Part shown: positions 35,833-46,766 of the stretch, one piece after another
Layout of the letters: each line of letters starts with the position of its first letter
How positions within the stretch are numbered: position 1 is the first letter of the stretch
IMG/VR virus record: IMGVR_UViG_3300021082_000492
Location: 1 to 51,223 of that record
Length of the DNA: 51,223 bases
Strand: one strand, 5' to 3'
Source: a virus
Taxonomy: Duplodnaviria; Caudoviricetes
Notes under the pieces: model-generated
Databases searched by the model: none
The model's input: the letters and a program-made list of their open reading frames with translations, nothing else
What the model was told of the DNA's origin: nothing
Position numbers and translations under genes: made by a program

Positions 35833-36773
35833 TGACCGACACCTATGAATATATGGAGCGGCTCGGCATCGAGAATGTGCTGACCGCCGACGGTTGCCAG
35901 GACGTCAAGCATAACGATTGGTACTATTGCTGCGCACCACCGCTGTGCGGAAATGACCTCTGCTGCACGTTCGTCAATTTCTTCCAGCTACTGCCGTCCG
36001 GGCCACTGTGGGACCATTGGAAGCGCAAGGCGATCGAGTACTTCCAGGTCAGCGACGACGTCTCGCAATGTCCGCTGGTCAAAGATCCAAACTGCCCGTC
36101 GCTGATCTTGCATTCGATCTATACCGTGTTGAAGCTGCGATCTTACGTCCACGGTCCGCTCTGGGTCGCGCTGCGTGAGTCAAATCCCTATACCGCCATC
36201 ACAACTATCGACAATCACTTGGAACAGTTGAAGTGGGAAGACTGCTATCTGCAGCATTGCCGCGCCGTTCTGCTCGGTGACATCACGCCGTACGAGATCC
36301 ACACTGAGTGCGGACCAGTCTTTTGCCCGCCCGGATTTTCCGATGAGCTTCTCTGTGCGATCAAGCGCAACATTGCGATCGCGCTGACTAGGGCGCAGAT
36401 GGGCGTGATCAAGAACCTGTGCGGGCTGAACTGGGTGATCGAGCCGCTCGGGGCGAAGCTCACTGCGAAATATCCGCCGCATCCGGATCAGAGTCCACCG
36501 CTCAATCCGCTCGAACCTTGCGACTCTCCGTGCGACCGGAGCGAGATCGCGTTCGAGATTTGCTACACGCAGGATTGGATCTACGGTTGCGATGACGGCG
36601 ACGTCTGCACGACGCAAGAACTGCCGCCAAAGATCCAAGCTTACTGGGATCGAGCTTGCGATACCGCTGCTGGACTACCGGCGCGGATTTGGCCTGGGGT
36701 TCTCGCGGCGGAATGTATCGTTCGCTCGATGCTTCCATCGAACTGCCCTAACAACATCTTCAGGTGCTGCTGA
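35832..36773 (+). CDS. Baseplate wedge (Mu gp48-like), Cys-rich
   Basis: LLP.G..W and E..P.TA motifs; follows the J-like gene. Confidence 0.7.
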   Translation: MTDTYEYMERLGIENVLTADGCQDVKHNDWYYCCAPPLCGNDLCCTFVNFFQLLPSGPLWDHWKRKAIEYFQVSDDVSQCPLVKDPNCPSLILHSIYTVLKLRSYVHGPLWVALRESNPYTAITTIDNHLEQLKWEDCYLQHCRAVLLGDITPYEIHTECGPVFCPPGFSDELLCAIKRNIAIALTRAQMGVIKNLCGLNWVIEPLGAKLTAKYPPHPDQSPPLNPLEPCDSPCDRSEIAFEICYTQDWIYGCDDGDVCTTQELPPKIQAYWDRACDTAAGLPARIWPGVLAAECIVRSMLPSNCPNNIFRCC

Positions 36774-37177
36774 TGGCTACGAGCACAGGCATTCTCCCTA
36801 GTCTCGTTACCGGCGGTGCAGTCGTCTATCGCGATGCTGCCGGCGTCGCGCTCAATCCTGTTGACGTCACCAATGCCTATGCGCCGCCGCCAACCTTCAT
36901 CTCGACGTGTGAACTTACGGCGCTGCCGACGACCTGCGAAGCGCGAATCGAGCCGGGGCAGATCAACGCCATCGTTTCTGAATTGATCGCGCTTGCCGAA
37001 TGCTTTGACCCGAACGGTCCGTGGAATTGCGCCTCAGTACAGAACCTGTGCACGGCCTTCACTTGGTGGGCGGCGAATGGCCAGCACATAAACGTGCAGC
37101 CGCCGGAACTGGCTGGTGACGGTAGCGCGGCGGACCCAGTTAGACTCGTCGAAGTCGACGGTGGGGAATACTTCTGA
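36773..37177 (+). CDS. Short baseplate/fibre attachment protein
   Basis: CEARIEP..INAIVSELI resembles the N-terminal region of 39999-41198. Confidence 0.5.
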   Translation: MATSTGILPSLVTGGAVVYRDAAGVALNPVDVTNAYAPPPTFISTCELTALPTTCEARIEPGQINAIVSELIALAECFDPNGPWNCASVQNLCTAFTWWAANGQHINVQPPELAGDGSAADPVRLVEVDGGEYF

Positions 37178-38127
37178 TGGCACAGAAAATTCGAATCCAT
37201 CGTACGGCAGCACCGAACAAGCCACCGACCAATCTTGATCCAGGTGAACTTTCCATCGAGATGCGCAACCCCACTCGGCTGTGGGTTGGCGTGCCGACAG
37301 ATATTGATCCCTCTGGCAAGAAACTGTTGCTCGACGTCACTGCGGTTCACGCCGCAACTGCGGCTACTACGCAAGAGCCACCGTCTAACCCGAATCAGGG
37401 CGCACTTTGGTACGAGACTGACACCGGAATTCTTTGGCTATATTATGATGATGGAAATACTCAGCAGTGGGTCCAAGTCAACGGCGTAAGCGTCACTGGC
37501 GGCGGCATCCCACTCGGAAACGTCGTCGGCCCGATCACGGCGGCTGCTGGTAACGTCGCGCTCTTCGCTGATACGTCGGGTAAAGTTCTGCTGGACGGTG
37601 GCCCAGCAGCGTCCGGCAATGTTGTCGGTCCGGCGTCGTCTGTCGCAGATCATATTGCGGTATTCGCCGGCGCGACCGGTAAGGTGCTCAAGGACAGCGG
37701 CGTGGTGCCGGTCCTGTTTGCGGCCGGCACCGCGATGATATTCGCGAATGCGGCTGCACCGGTCGGGTGGACGAAACGCACCGACGTCAACAATAAAGCT
37801 CTGCGCGTCATTACTGGAACAACTGGCGGTGCGTTGGCCGGTTCTGTTGCGTTCTCGACGCTGTTTGGCAGGACCGGTACCGATACAACTACGCTAGTGG
37901 CTGCAACGGTCCCGCAGACCTATGCGGGTGTACTCGGTGTTAACAAGGCTGGTTCAAGTAGTCCGCCGATATCGTCCGTTTCCAGTGATTCATTCTGGGG
38001 CGGCGGTACCGATTATGAATTCAGCTTCACCAAGTACATCTATAACAACGGTGCCGGCCTTGCGCACAGCCACAACATTGATATGCGCGTCGCTTACGTC
38101 GACGTCATCATCGCAACAAAGGACTGA
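37177..38127 (+). CDS. Tail fibre protein
   Basis: I.I.R...P.L..GEL N-terminus; GALWYETDTG; duplicated GNVVGP...GKVL.D.G; collar-like GT.M.F....AP.GWTK; YVDVIIATKD. Confidence 0.75.
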   Translation: MAQKIRIHRTAAPNKPPTNLDPGELSIEMRNPTRLWVGVPTDIDPSGKKLLLDVTAVHAATAATTQEPPSNPNQGALWYETDTGILWLYYDDGNTQQWVQVNGVSVTGGGIPLGNVVGPITAAAGNVALFADTSGKVLLDGGPAASGNVVGPASSVADHIAVFAGATGKVLKDSGVVPVLFAAGTAMIFANAAAPVGWTKRTDVNNKALRVITGTTGGALAGSVAFSTLFGRTGTDTTTLVAATVPQTYAGVLGVNKAGSSSPPISSVSSDSFWGGGTDYEFSFTKYIYNNGAGLAHSHNIDMRVAYVDVIIATKD

Positions 38128-38131
38128 GTCA

Positions 38132-38404
38132 ATGGCGCACTACACCGTCATGAACGTAGACAACATGGTTGGCGTCAATTCCGAGTTTCGCCCGGTCGAT
38201 TGCTCCAGCCTGCCGTCCTACTTCCATGCGCTGCAATGGTACGGCAACTCCACGCCGCCCTACGGTGAGATCGAGTACGCCACCGATGCACAAGGCAGGA
38301 AGATGCCGAACACGCGCTTCTCCGACTTCACGCCGTATCAGTATCTGATCGACGCCTGGAACGCTTACGTCCCGCCAGAAACACAGATGACGCCGAAGCC
38401 ATGA
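38132..38404 (+). CDS. Fibre-associated/chaperone protein
   Basis: HALQW....GEIEY motif; follows the fibre gene. Confidence 0.55.
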   Translation: MAHYTVMNVDNMVGVNSEFRPVDCSSLPSYFHALQWYGNSTPPYGEIEYATDAQGRKMPNTRFSDFTPYQYLIDAWNAYVPPETQMTPKP

Positions 38405-38724
38405 GCAAGCCTCCGATCGCCGATAAGGGCACGATTTGCCCGCTGCACAAGCAGGACGTTTCCAAGGTCTGTCACAAGTGTCCTTGGTACATTCTCGTGC
38501 GCGGCAAGCACCCGCAGTCGGAGGAGCACATCGACCAATGGGGCTGCGCCGTGCAGTTCCTGCCGATGCTGCTGATCGAGGGCGCGCAGCAGAGCCGCCA
38601 GACCGGCGCTGCGGTCGAGAGCTTCCGCAACGTATTCGCCGAAGCTGGAAACAATATGCTTTCGCTGATGCACGGTGGCGGCAGCAGCGGCGGTGGCGTT
38701 CCGCTGCCGCGACAGATCAAGTGA
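38401..38724 (+). CDS. Fibre-associated Cys-motif protein
   Basis: CPL....C..CPWY...G..PQ....D.WGCA...LP.LLIE..QQ.RQT.AAVESFRN. Confidence 0.6.
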   Translation: MSKPPIADKGTICPLHKQDVSKVCHKCPWYILVRGKHPQSEEHIDQWGCAVQFLPMLLIEGAQQSRQTGAAVESFRNVFAEAGNNMLSLMHGGGSSGGGVPLPRQIK

Positions 38725-38731
38725 GGCGATA

Positions 38732-39670
38732 ATGGTCGCGATTGATTTTCCCGCCTCCCCGGCACTCGGCCAAGAGTTCATAGCGGCCGGCATCCGGTAT
38801 GCGTGGAATGGCTACGGCTGGGTTGTCGTCCCTGCGGCTGCAGATTCGGGCGAAACGTGGGTGCTGATCAGCGGCGACACGATGTACGGCGACCTGATCA
38901 TCCACAAAGGCGATCCGCGATTCACGGTAAACAAGAATGGGTCCGGCGAGCTAGCCGCGCTCATCGGTCAGACCAACAGTTTAATGCGATGGCAGATCGA
39001 TCTCGGCGATCGGACTGTGGAAGCAGGCGGTAACAGCGGCTCCGACTTTGTCATCGAGGCCTATAACGACAGCGGCATTCTCTCGAGCACGCCAATCCGG
39101 ATTAATCGCTCGACCGGGCTAGTCACTGTTGTAGCTGATCCTGTTGTGCCGCTTGGCGTGGCGACCAAACAGTATGTCGACAACAATTCTGGAGTGAAAC
39201 TAGCGACGGCGGCGGAAGCGCGTGCTGGCACAATTGACACCAAGGCCATCTCGCCTCTGACACATACCAAATCTCATACGCCAGCATTTCGTGGGGTGAG
39301 CAGCGGGATGTACGTGGGAGTTAATTCGTACACTGCGATCACCAACTTCGCAGAAGATTTAGACACGGACAATCGCTTTAACAGCACCTACTTTCAACCG
39401 AACGTACCGGGTTGGTACGAGATCGGCGGCATGATTAGCATTCCTACGATCGGAGCGAACTACGTCGGATGCATGATTTGGTTGAACGGCAACCCGACGA
39501 TTTATAACCAGATATTGCAGCAGAGCAACACGCAAACGGTCACTGTGAATGTTGCCGGTATTATCAAATTCAACGGCACCTCAGATTATACCGAACTCGT
39601 TGGAATTTCCGATCATCCGATCGGACGCTTCAACAATGCTGTCTTTTACGGGCACAGGTTGTTCCCATGA
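38732..39670 (+). CDS. Tail fibre/adhesin with a C1q-like C-terminus
   Basis: FPASP.LGQ, ATKQYVD and FQPNVPGWY...NGTSDY.EL. Confidence 0.65.
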   Translation: MVAIDFPASPALGQEFIAAGIRYAWNGYGWVVVPAAADSGETWVLISGDTMYGDLIIHKGDPRFTVNKNGSGELAALIGQTNSLMRWQIDLGDRTVEAGGNSGSDFVIEAYNDSGILSSTPIRINRSTGLVTVVADPVVPLGVATKQYVDNNSGVKLATAAEARAGTIDTKAISPLTHTKSHTPAFRGVSSGMYVGVNSYTAITNFAEDLDTDNRFNSTYFQPNVPGWYEIGGMISIPTIGANYVGCMIWLNGNPTIYNQILQQSNTQTVTVNVAGIIKFNGTSDYTELVGISDHPIGRFNNAVFYGHRLFP

Positions 39671-39993
39671 CATATCCCTGCATCGGCGCATGGCACAAGG
39701 GCGACGGCACCGCGTCCACGCATAGAGGAGCCGTGCTGGTATGGCCGAAGGAGATCGAGTCGGCGCTTCGCAACGCGAGCACGGCAGAAGTCGAATCGAT
39801 CAATTCGATGATGCTCTGTGCGCAGTGTCAGCGCATGCTGACCGATCCGAAGCCGGACCCAAAAGCGACTGAGCTACAGCGACAGATGAAGTCGATGAAG
39901 CCTACCGGAAAAAACCCAGCGTTAGATTACGATCATACGCAGTGGTGTTTTCTGTCTCCAGCGCCAGACACGATTAGCGACGAACGGGAGTAA
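39667..39993 (+). CDS. Hypothetical protein
   Basis: ATGA-coupled ORF. Confidence 0.5.
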   Translation: MTYPCIGAWHKGDGTASTHRGAVLVWPKEIESALRNASTAEVESINSMMLCAQCQRMLTDPKPDPKATELQRQMKSMKPTGKNPALDYDHTQWCFLSPAPDTISDERE

Positions 39994-39998
39994 CTCCA

Positions 39999-41198
39999 TT
40001 GACTGCAATGCATCCCGACTCTGGCGTACCGTGGACCGACGCCAAGAACAGCATTCCCAGCGACATCGAGCAGTCGCTGCAGAACTGTAATGAACTCTGG
40101 TACTCGACCTCCCGTTGTCAGCCGCGGTTTGATCCGGCGGCGGCGAACGCCATGCTCGCTGAGTTGATCAATCTGATTAACAAAGGTGAAGTCACCTACG
40201 ATTGTAGTGTGCTTGATCAGGTGCAGTTATCGGCACGCTATCTGATCCAGAGAGGCCTCCCGCGCGGAGGATGTATGACAGGAGGTCCTGGGACTTATGC
40301 ACTGGCTCTCGATCCACCCGCCACACGCTACAACGACTTCATGACGCTGACGGTCATTCCGAACACCGACAATAACGGAGCGGTTTATCTGAACGTCGAC
40401 GGTTTGGGCACCCGTCCGGTGCTGCGCAACGATGGCCAGCCGATGAAGACCGGCGACTTGCTGGCCAACATTCCAGTTCAGATTATGTACAAGGGCGTTC
40501 TCTGTGGCGGCGGCACGGAAGGCTGGTACATCACCGGCACGGTCGCCTCACAGTTTGGATTCCCGCAGCAGGCTCGTTTCGAGACACCCGGAAATTACAC
40601 TTGGTATGTGCCTGCTGGCGTCCATTCGATCCTGGGTGAAGTCTATGGCGGTGGCGGCGCCGGCGGCACCGCGATGGTCACCTACAACGGTGGCGCGGGC
40701 GGTGGCGGCTCTGGCTACGCGCGAGAGTATATCGCAGTCACTCCAGGGTCTGCACTGTCTGTCACCGTCGCCGCAGGCGGGCTTTCTGGTGCTGCTGGCA
40801 CGGTGACCAACGGCGGCAGCGGCGGCACAAGCTATTTCGCTAGCACGATCATGGCGACCGGCGGCGGTGGAGGTATGGCTGGCTCTGTTGAGTACCCAGG
40901 CACGCCTTCTCTGTCGATTCCGGGCATGGGCTACGGCGGCGACATCAATCTGCAAGGTGCGTACGGTTCGTCGGGCGCGTCAGGCACCAATCTCGCCGGC
41001 GGCTACACCGGCTACGGCGGCCTCGGCGGCATGTCTCCAGGGCCTGAAGGTGGCGCCGGTGGCGGTATGTCGACCGGCTCATCGATGCCTGGTGTCGGCT
41101 TCGGCGCCGGCGGATCGGGCGGCGGTTCGGCCGCAGGCATCAACTCACCGGGCGGCAATGGCCACGACGGCGCGGTCATCATCACGTACTTCGGATAG
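39999..41198 (+). CDS. Tail fibre with a glycine-rich domain
   Basis: N.GA..LNVDGLG; F.TPG.YTW.VPAGV; GGGGAGG; G.G.DG.VII. Confidence 0.75.
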   Translation: MTAMHPDSGVPWTDAKNSIPSDIEQSLQNCNELWYSTSRCQPRFDPAAANAMLAELINLINKGEVTYDCSVLDQVQLSARYLIQRGLPRGGCMTGGPGTYALALDPPATRYNDFMTLTVIPNTDNNGAVYLNVDGLGTRPVLRNDGQPMKTGDLLANIPVQIMYKGVLCGGGTEGWYITGTVASQFGFPQQARFETPGNYTWYVPAGVHSILGEVYGGGGAGGTAMVTYNGGAGGGGSGYAREYIAVTPGSALSVTVAAGGLSGAAGTVTNGGSGGTSYFASTIMATGGGGGMAGSVEYPGTPSLSIPGMGYGGDINLQGAYGSSGASGTNLAGGYTGYGGLGGMSPGPEGGAGGGMSTGSSMPGVGFGAGGSGGGSAAGINSPGGNGHDGAVIITYFG

Positions 41199-41207
41199 GT
41201 GCGAATT

Positions 41208-41609
41208 ATGCGAGTCATCATCGAACGTGGCATCGTCAAAGACATCGTTGACGGCATGCCGCTGCCGGATCCATTGCCGGCGGGGTTGGTCATCGTCGAC
41301 GCTCCGCCCAACGTGAAACCGGGCTGGGGCTACAACGGCAGTCTGTTCAAGATGCCGACGGCAACGGGCGAGATCGATCCGCCGCATCCGAACCATCGCA
41401 ACGCGCAAAGAGCGAAGCAGGATTTGACGTTGTCGGAACGGGCGATCTCACATTTCTACGAAATGGCGACGCCGGTTACGCAGGATTGGATCACGTATCG
41501 AGCGACGCTGCGCAGCATCATCCAGCTTGAGAACGATCAGTCGTCGCCACCGATGACGGTCCCGCCGCGGCCGCCGCTGCCTGCTGGGATGATCGAACCC
41601 GGGCTCTGA
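41208..41609 (+). CDS. Tail fibre assembly-like protein
   Basis: GW.Y.G..F..P and W..YR..LR motifs. Confidence 0.6.
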   Translation: MRVIIERGIVKDIVDGMPLPDPLPAGLVIVDAPPNVKPGWGYNGSLFKMPTATGEIDPPHPNHRNAQRAKQDLTLSERAISHFYEMATPVTQDWITYRATLRSIIQLENDQSSPPMTVPPRPPLPAGMIEPGL

Positions 41610-41610
41610 T

Positions 41611-43800
41611 GTGTCCGAAGACTTCAATATATCGGGCGAGCCTGGTAACGACGTCCACCTCAACCCGGGCGCTGGCGGCTCGCTCGTTCTTGATCCCGGC
41701 ACCGGCACTCAAACGCGCACGTTCGTCGGCCGGGACAACGGCTATCTGAATCTGCCGCACAAGGGTCCTCCGCCGGCACCAATCAACGGTGACGTCTGGA
41801 CAACGCCGGCAGGCATGTTCACCCGCATCAGCGGCACGACCGTCGGCCCTCTGGGCACCGGCGGCACCGGTGGCGGTGGTGGCGAGCAAGGACCGCCAGG
41901 GCCGGCTGGCCCAACGGGGCCGCAAGGGCCTCCTGGCGCAACCGGTCCAGCCGGACCGGCTGGTCCAGCTTCGAGCGTGCCGGGGCCAGCTGGTCCCATG
42001 GGCCCGCAAGGTCCGAAAGGCGACACCGGCGCTGCAAGCACCGTTCCCGGGCCAGCGGGGCCTCCTGGTGCGACCGGCGCGCAGGGTCCGAAGGGTGACA
42101 CCGGCGCGGCCTCGACCGTCCCAGGGCCCGCGGGGCCGACTGGTCCGAAGGGCGACACCGGTGCGCAGGGCGCGCAGGGCCCGCAGGGCGTCGAGGGACC
42201 GCAGGGTGTCGCCGGCACCGGCATCACGATGCAAGGGTCGGTCGCCACCTCGGGCGATCTGCCGGCAAGCGGCAATACCCAAGGCGACGCCTACATCGTG
42301 CAGGCGGACGATAGCCTGTGGATCTGGGACGGCACCGCGTGGGTGTCGGGTGGCTCGATCCAAGGCCCGCCGGGTTCGCAGGGTCCGCAAGGTCCGCAAG
42401 GTGTGGCGGGTCCGCAGGGACCACAAGGCGTTCCCGGATCTACGGGTCCGCAGGGCGACACCGGCCCGCAGGGTCCGATCGGTCCGGCGGGGCCGACAGG
42501 TACCGGTGCCGGAGCCGCGACCGGATTCTCCGCTCACAAATCCGCCGACCAGACCGTCACCAGCGCGACCTGGACCAAGCTCGCGTTCGCGACGACCGGC
42601 TACAACAACGGCAACTTTTTCAACACAAGCTCGAGTCGCTGGACGCCGCCAGCCGGCGAGACGACGTTTGTGGCGTCGGCATTCGCCACTGGGCTGGCGA
42701 TCGGCAGCAACCTGTTCATTGCGATCTACAAGAACGGAACGCTATTCAAGTTCGCGACCAGCAACACCACCGACGGCTTCGCGCATATCGTCTGCAACGA
42801 CAACGCCGGCGGCACCGATTACTACGAGGCGTGGATCAACGGGCAGGCGATCGGCGCGAGCTTCATCGTGCCGACCGGAAGCAATGACGGCATTTACTTC
42901 CAAGGTTTCCAGGCGAAAGGCCCGCCAGGTCCAGCCGGTCCACCCGGCGCTGACGGAGTAAACGACGGCGACAAAGGCGACATCACTGCCAGTGGTGGCG
43001 GCACCGTCTGGACGATCGACAACAACGCCGTCACCTACGCCAAGCTGCAGGACATCAGCGCGAGCGGACGCGTACTTGCGCGCAAGAGCGCCGGCGCGGG
43101 TGACACGGAAGAGGCGACGCTTAGCGAGATCCTCGACTTCATCGGTTCGGCGGCGCGCGGCGACATTCTGTTTCGTGGCAACACCGGCTGGCAACGGCTT
43201 CCCGCTGGCACAGACGGAGGTGTTCTCACCACGCATGGTGTCGGTGCCGATCCAACGTGGACCGCACCGACGGCCGGCGGTGGCGGCAAGCAGACGATCT
43301 GGGTGCCGGCTGGGGCGATCGTGTCGCGTGCAAGTAACGGCGCGGCTCCCGGCACGATGGAGACGACGACCAATAAGAATATGGTGCGGACGCTCGATTA
43401 CGACGGCGCGACACAGGAGTTCGCGCAGTTCGAAATCGCAATGCCGAAGTCGTGGGACGAAGGCACCCTCACGTTCATTCCAATCTGGTCCCATGCAGCG
43501 ACGACCACGAACTTTGGTGTGCAGTGGGCGCTGCAGGCGCTTGCACGCAGCGACGGGGATGCGATCGACGCGGCGTTCGGTACCGAACAGACCTCGACCG
43601 ATACCGGCGGAACGACCAACGTGCAGTACACCGCGCCGGAGTCGGCGGCGATCACGATCGGCGGCTCGCCCGTCGAAAACGACGTCGTGCTGTTTCAGAT
43701 CAAGCGCAATCCGGCGGCCGCGGCGGACACGCTCGCAGTCGATGCCCGCCTGCACGGCGTCAAAATTTTCTACACGACCAACGCCGGGTCCGACGCCTGA
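41611..43800 (+). CDS. Collagen-like (Gly-X-Y) fibre protein
   Basis: Long GPX runs; GDAYIV...LWIWDG..W; C1q-like segment. Confidence 0.8.
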   Translation: MSEDFNISGEPGNDVHLNPGAGGSLVLDPGTGTQTRTFVGRDNGYLNLPHKGPPPAPINGDVWTTPAGMFTRISGTTVGPLGTGGTGGGGGEQGPPGPAGPTGPQGPPGATGPAGPAGPASSVPGPAGPMGPQGPKGDTGAASTVPGPAGPPGATGAQGPKGDTGAASTVPGPAGPTGPKGDTGAQGAQGPQGVEGPQGVAGTGITMQGSVATSGDLPASGNTQGDAYIVQADDSLWIWDGTAWVSGGSIQGPPGSQGPQGPQGVAGPQGPQGVPGSTGPQGDTGPQGPIGPAGPTGTGAGAATGFSAHKSADQTVTSATWTKLAFATTGYNNGNFFNTSSSRWTPPAGETTFVASAFATGLAIGSNLFIAIYKNGTLFKFATSNTTDGFAHIVCNDNAGGTDYYEAWINGQAIGASFIVPTGSNDGIYFQGFQAKGPPGPAGPPGADGVNDGDKGDITASGGGTVWTIDNNAVTYAKLQDISASGRVLARKSAGAGDTEEATLSEILDFIGSAARGDILFRGNTGWQRLPAGTDGGVLTTHGVGADPTWTAPTAGGGGKQTIWVPAGAIVSRASNGAAPGTMETTTNKNMVRTLDYDGATQEFAQFEIAMPKSWDEGTLTFIPIWSHAATTTNFGVQWALQALARSDGDAIDAAFGTEQTSTDTGGTTNVQYTAPESAAITIGGSPVENDVVLFQIKRNPAAAADTLAVDARLHGVKIFYTTNAGSDA

Positions 43801-45068
43801 TGCTGCGGGTCAATCCTCTCATCCTGCCATCCGGCGGAAGCCTCAACGACTTCCCGGTTGGTGCCGGTTGCTTTCGTGGCGATCAATATCTCAATCGTGG
43901 CGCTGATCTGACCGGCAATGCCAACAGCAAGGTCTGCACGCTTTCGTTCTGGTTCAAGTACGGCTCTTGGGGTGCGAGAGGAGTTATCCATGAGTTCGGC
44001 GGCGCTTGGAATTCGGTTTATTTTGACACTGACGACAGGATTACTTTCGTCGCCAACGATGTGTCTGGCAGTCTCGCTCCGGTCTACATGAAATCCAGTG
44101 TGGTCCCGCGCGATCACGTTTGGCATCACTACGTCTTCGCGTTTTCGTTAGGCACAACAAACATAACTCGATGCTATGTCGATGGCGTCAATGTGCCTGG
44201 TGCCAATCAAAGTGCTCCGACAAACACGGTCATTGGCTGGGCGGGGCGCGGTGCTTACATCCTCGGCCGTTCGTATGACACGGACACCTATTATCAAGTT
44301 GGCAGCTTGGCCGAGTTCTATTTCAACAACAAAGAATTTGTTGACGTATCGATCCCGTCCAACATGGCGAAGTTTCGCAATGCCGCCGGCAAGCCTGTCA
44401 ATCTCGGGCCGGATGGTTCATGGGTGACCGGCAACAAGCCGATCGTCTACTTCCGGTATGATCCGTTCAAAGACCCAAACACGAACAGCTTCAGAATTAA
44501 TCGCGGCAGCGACGGTGCCACCTTCGGCTTACGACAAAGCCCGTTGTACCGTGAGCCGACTCCTCCCGGCTTGCCGTGGGTCGATGTCTACGGAACGACG
44601 CCTTACTCCGAGAGCGTCGGCTGGGCTGGCTACACGTTAAGGCAAGTCATCAACGTGGCGGGCATGGTCAATGTGCCGCTCGGACAGACACAGGTGCGCG
44701 TCACCGTTGCAGGCTCTCCTGCCAACGGTGCTGCAACTTGGAACAAGATGTACATCGGGCATCAATACGGCCCGGAATGTCAGGCGTCCGATCTCACGCA
44801 ACTGTTCTTCAACGGCGGCTCTCCGGGTGGGACTGCTCCGCAAGCTGGCTCTCTGATTTCCGATGCAGCTAATTGGACTTGGAACCGCACCAACAAAGTC
44901 ATCTTGACTACGTATTTCCCATCGGCTGGAGCAACAGTGTACGGCCTCAACTACAACACGCAGCTTTATTATTCCACCGGCGATTATGCCGATTGGCTGG
45001 ACACAACGGGCTACTACGCAGGGTCTGCACAGTACACTCATCTCTGGATGGGCATCGAGATGATATGA
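43800..45068 (+). CDS. LamG/concanavalin-like adhesin
   Basis: T.SFWFK, WHH.V and YVDGV motifs; TGATG coupling. Confidence 0.65.
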   Translation: MLRVNPLILPSGGSLNDFPVGAGCFRGDQYLNRGADLTGNANSKVCTLSFWFKYGSWGARGVIHEFGGAWNSVYFDTDDRITFVANDVSGSLAPVYMKSSVVPRDHVWHHYVFAFSLGTTNITRCYVDGVNVPGANQSAPTNTVIGWAGRGAYILGRSYDTDTYYQVGSLAEFYFNNKEFVDVSIPSNMAKFRNAAGKPVNLGPDGSWVTGNKPIVYFRYDPFKDPNTNSFRINRGSDGATFGLRQSPLYREPTPPGLPWVDVYGTTPYSESVGWAGYTLRQVINVAGMVNVPLGQTQVRVTVAGSPANGAATWNKMYIGHQYGPECQASDLTQLFFNGGSPGGTAPQAGSLISDAANWTWNRTNKVILTTYFPSAGATVYGLNYNTQLYYSTGDYADWLDTTGYYAGSAQYTHLWMGIEMI

Positions 45069-45736
45069 CCAAATTCTCGACCGAGAAATTGGCTCCACTC
45101 GATGCGCCACTGTTCACTGGCGACGCGCGGGCTGTCACAGCCGCACCCGGCGATTCGGATACCAGCGTTGCGACGACAGCATTCGTTGCCGCATCCGGTG
45201 GCGGTTTCACGACGGGCGATGCGAAGCTCACACTCAAAACCGTGGCCGATGCCGGTTGGGTGCTGATGAACGATGGCACCATCGGCGATGCAACGTCCGG
45301 TGCCACTACGCGAGCCAATGCTGATTGTCAGGCGTTGTTCGTTCTGATGTGGACGAACATGAGCAATGCTTGGTGCCCTGTTCTTCCCGGTGGGCGCGGC
45401 GCTACTGCGTTGGCTGATTTCAACGCGCATAAGACGTTGTTGATGCCGTATCAGCTGGGGCGGTCCATTGCGATTGCTGGTGTTGGTTCTGGCTTAACGT
45501 CTCGAGTTCTCGGATCACTGGCTGGCGCTGAAACAGAGTCACCGACCATTGGCAAGACCGCTTCACACAACCACAGCATGGGACACGGTGCGATTCTGGT
45601 AGATGGAGGCGCGACTTATACCGGCCTTGCGCTACTGTCACCAAGCTACACGCTTTACACCAATAATCAGGGCGGTGACGCGCCGCTCAACATCCTCGAT
45701 CCCACAAGCTACTGGAACGTGATGATCAAGTTATGA
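45065..45736 (+). CDS. Tail-collar domain fibre protein
   Basis: AP..SP-type anchor, ATTAFV, TGD.K......GW...DG, G.E...HNH and N.MIKL. Confidence 0.7.
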   Translation: MTKFSTEKLAPLDAPLFTGDARAVTAAPGDSDTSVATTAFVAASGGGFTTGDAKLTLKTVADAGWVLMNDGTIGDATSGATTRANADCQALFVLMWTNMSNAWCPVLPGGRGATALADFNAHKTLLMPYQLGRSIAIAGVGSGLTSRVLGSLAGAETESPTIGKTASHNHSMGHGAILVDGGATYTGLALLSPSYTLYTNNQGGDAPLNILDPTSYWNVMIKL

Positions 45737-46164
45737 AACAGGTGCATCAGCATCCAGATGGAATGGTTTTTGTTCGTGTTGACGGCGCGACGTATGGCGA
45801 CACACCGGACAATTTTTTGTCCGACTTTGGCTTTCTGTTGCCAGAGTTACCAGAGGGCATGAACGAGCGCATCTACGATCAGAACCGCCGTCATGTGTTC
45901 GCGGGCGAGAACGACACCGGCGCTATCACCAGCGGCGGCGAGATGCCGTGGCCACTAGGCGACAGGGCCATCCTCGACATCGAGGCTGGCTTGAGTTCGC
46001 AGGCTGCGCGCAGAGTGGCCGAAGAAGCGGCCAAGCCGCCGGCTCCAAAGCCTGGACCATCGCAACGCGATCTCATCGCATTCGATCACGAGAACCGGCT
46101 CCGCGCCTTGGAAGGCAAGCCGGCAATATCTGCCAGCGACTTCTTCATTGGGAAGAAGATCTAG
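45733..46164 (+). CDS. Hypothetical protein
   Basis: ATGA-coupled; HENRLRALEG. Confidence 0.55.
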   Translation: MKQVHQHPDGMVFVRVDGATYGDTPDNFLSDFGFLLPELPEGMNERIYDQNRRHVFAGENDTGAITSGGEMPWPLGDRAILDIEAGLSSQAARRVAEEAAKPPAPKPGPSQRDLIAFDHENRLRALEGKPAISASDFFIGKKI

Positions 46165-46203
46165 CGGGTGCGCCCGCCATACATCTCGGTTTCGGAAATG
46201 ATC

Positions 46204-46566
46204 ATGAAGCGCGAATGGCTGTGGGCCATCCTGGCGTTGGCGATCGCAATCGTGTTGGCCTACGTCCTTGTGAGCATGTCAGCGGACGCTCAGTCCAAGG
46301 TCAGCGTTTGTGTGACGCCAGAGCAGCGGGATCACATTCGAGACGTAATGCTTAAGGCAATTGATAGAGCGCTCGACGAACAGGTCGGCAAGCTGTTTGC
46401 AAACTGGGTAGTGGATAGTACCGAACAGCCGAAGCGAGCGCAGGTTGGAACGAACAATTCTCTTAAGGCATACATCGTAGCCAAGGCTAACATCTTGGCA
46501 TGGGACCCAGCGGAGTGTGCCGCTAGCTTCCAGCTTCAGTCTGCCGACGCTAGACCGTGGCGCTAG
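46204..46566 (+). CDS. N-terminally anchored membrane/secreted protein
   Basis: Hydrophobic N-terminus and two Cys. Confidence 0.5.
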   Translation: MKREWLWAILALAIAIVLAYVLVSMSADAQSKVSVCVTPEQRDHIRDVMLKAIDRALDEQVGKLFANWVVDSTEQPKRAQVGTNNSLKAYIVAKANILAWDPAECAASFQLQSADARPWR

Positions 46567-46766
46567 AGAATCGACATGCGAAAGGAAACCGTGACATGGC
46601 CATCCTCGTAAGTTGTTCGCAAGGTTGTGCGGCAGCGATTCCGATGCCGGGATATCCGCCGGGCTTCGTACCGGCCGCGACGGCGGCTACATCATCGACT
46701 GCAAGAAAGGATGATAATCGGCCGCGTTGACGCTGCGGGTGATCTTAACCAAGAAGGAGAAGTGAC

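Noticed and set aside
13550-43755. Long antisense and alternate-frame ORFs (e.g. 14021-14848, 24224-25333, 41518-42537, 42742-43755)
   Set aside because: Shadow ORFs of high-GC coding sequence with no recognisable motifs
37177-45736. Diversity-generating retroelement or invertible fibre switch
   Set aside because: No reverse transcriptase, invertase, template/variable repeat pair or inverted fibre segment seen
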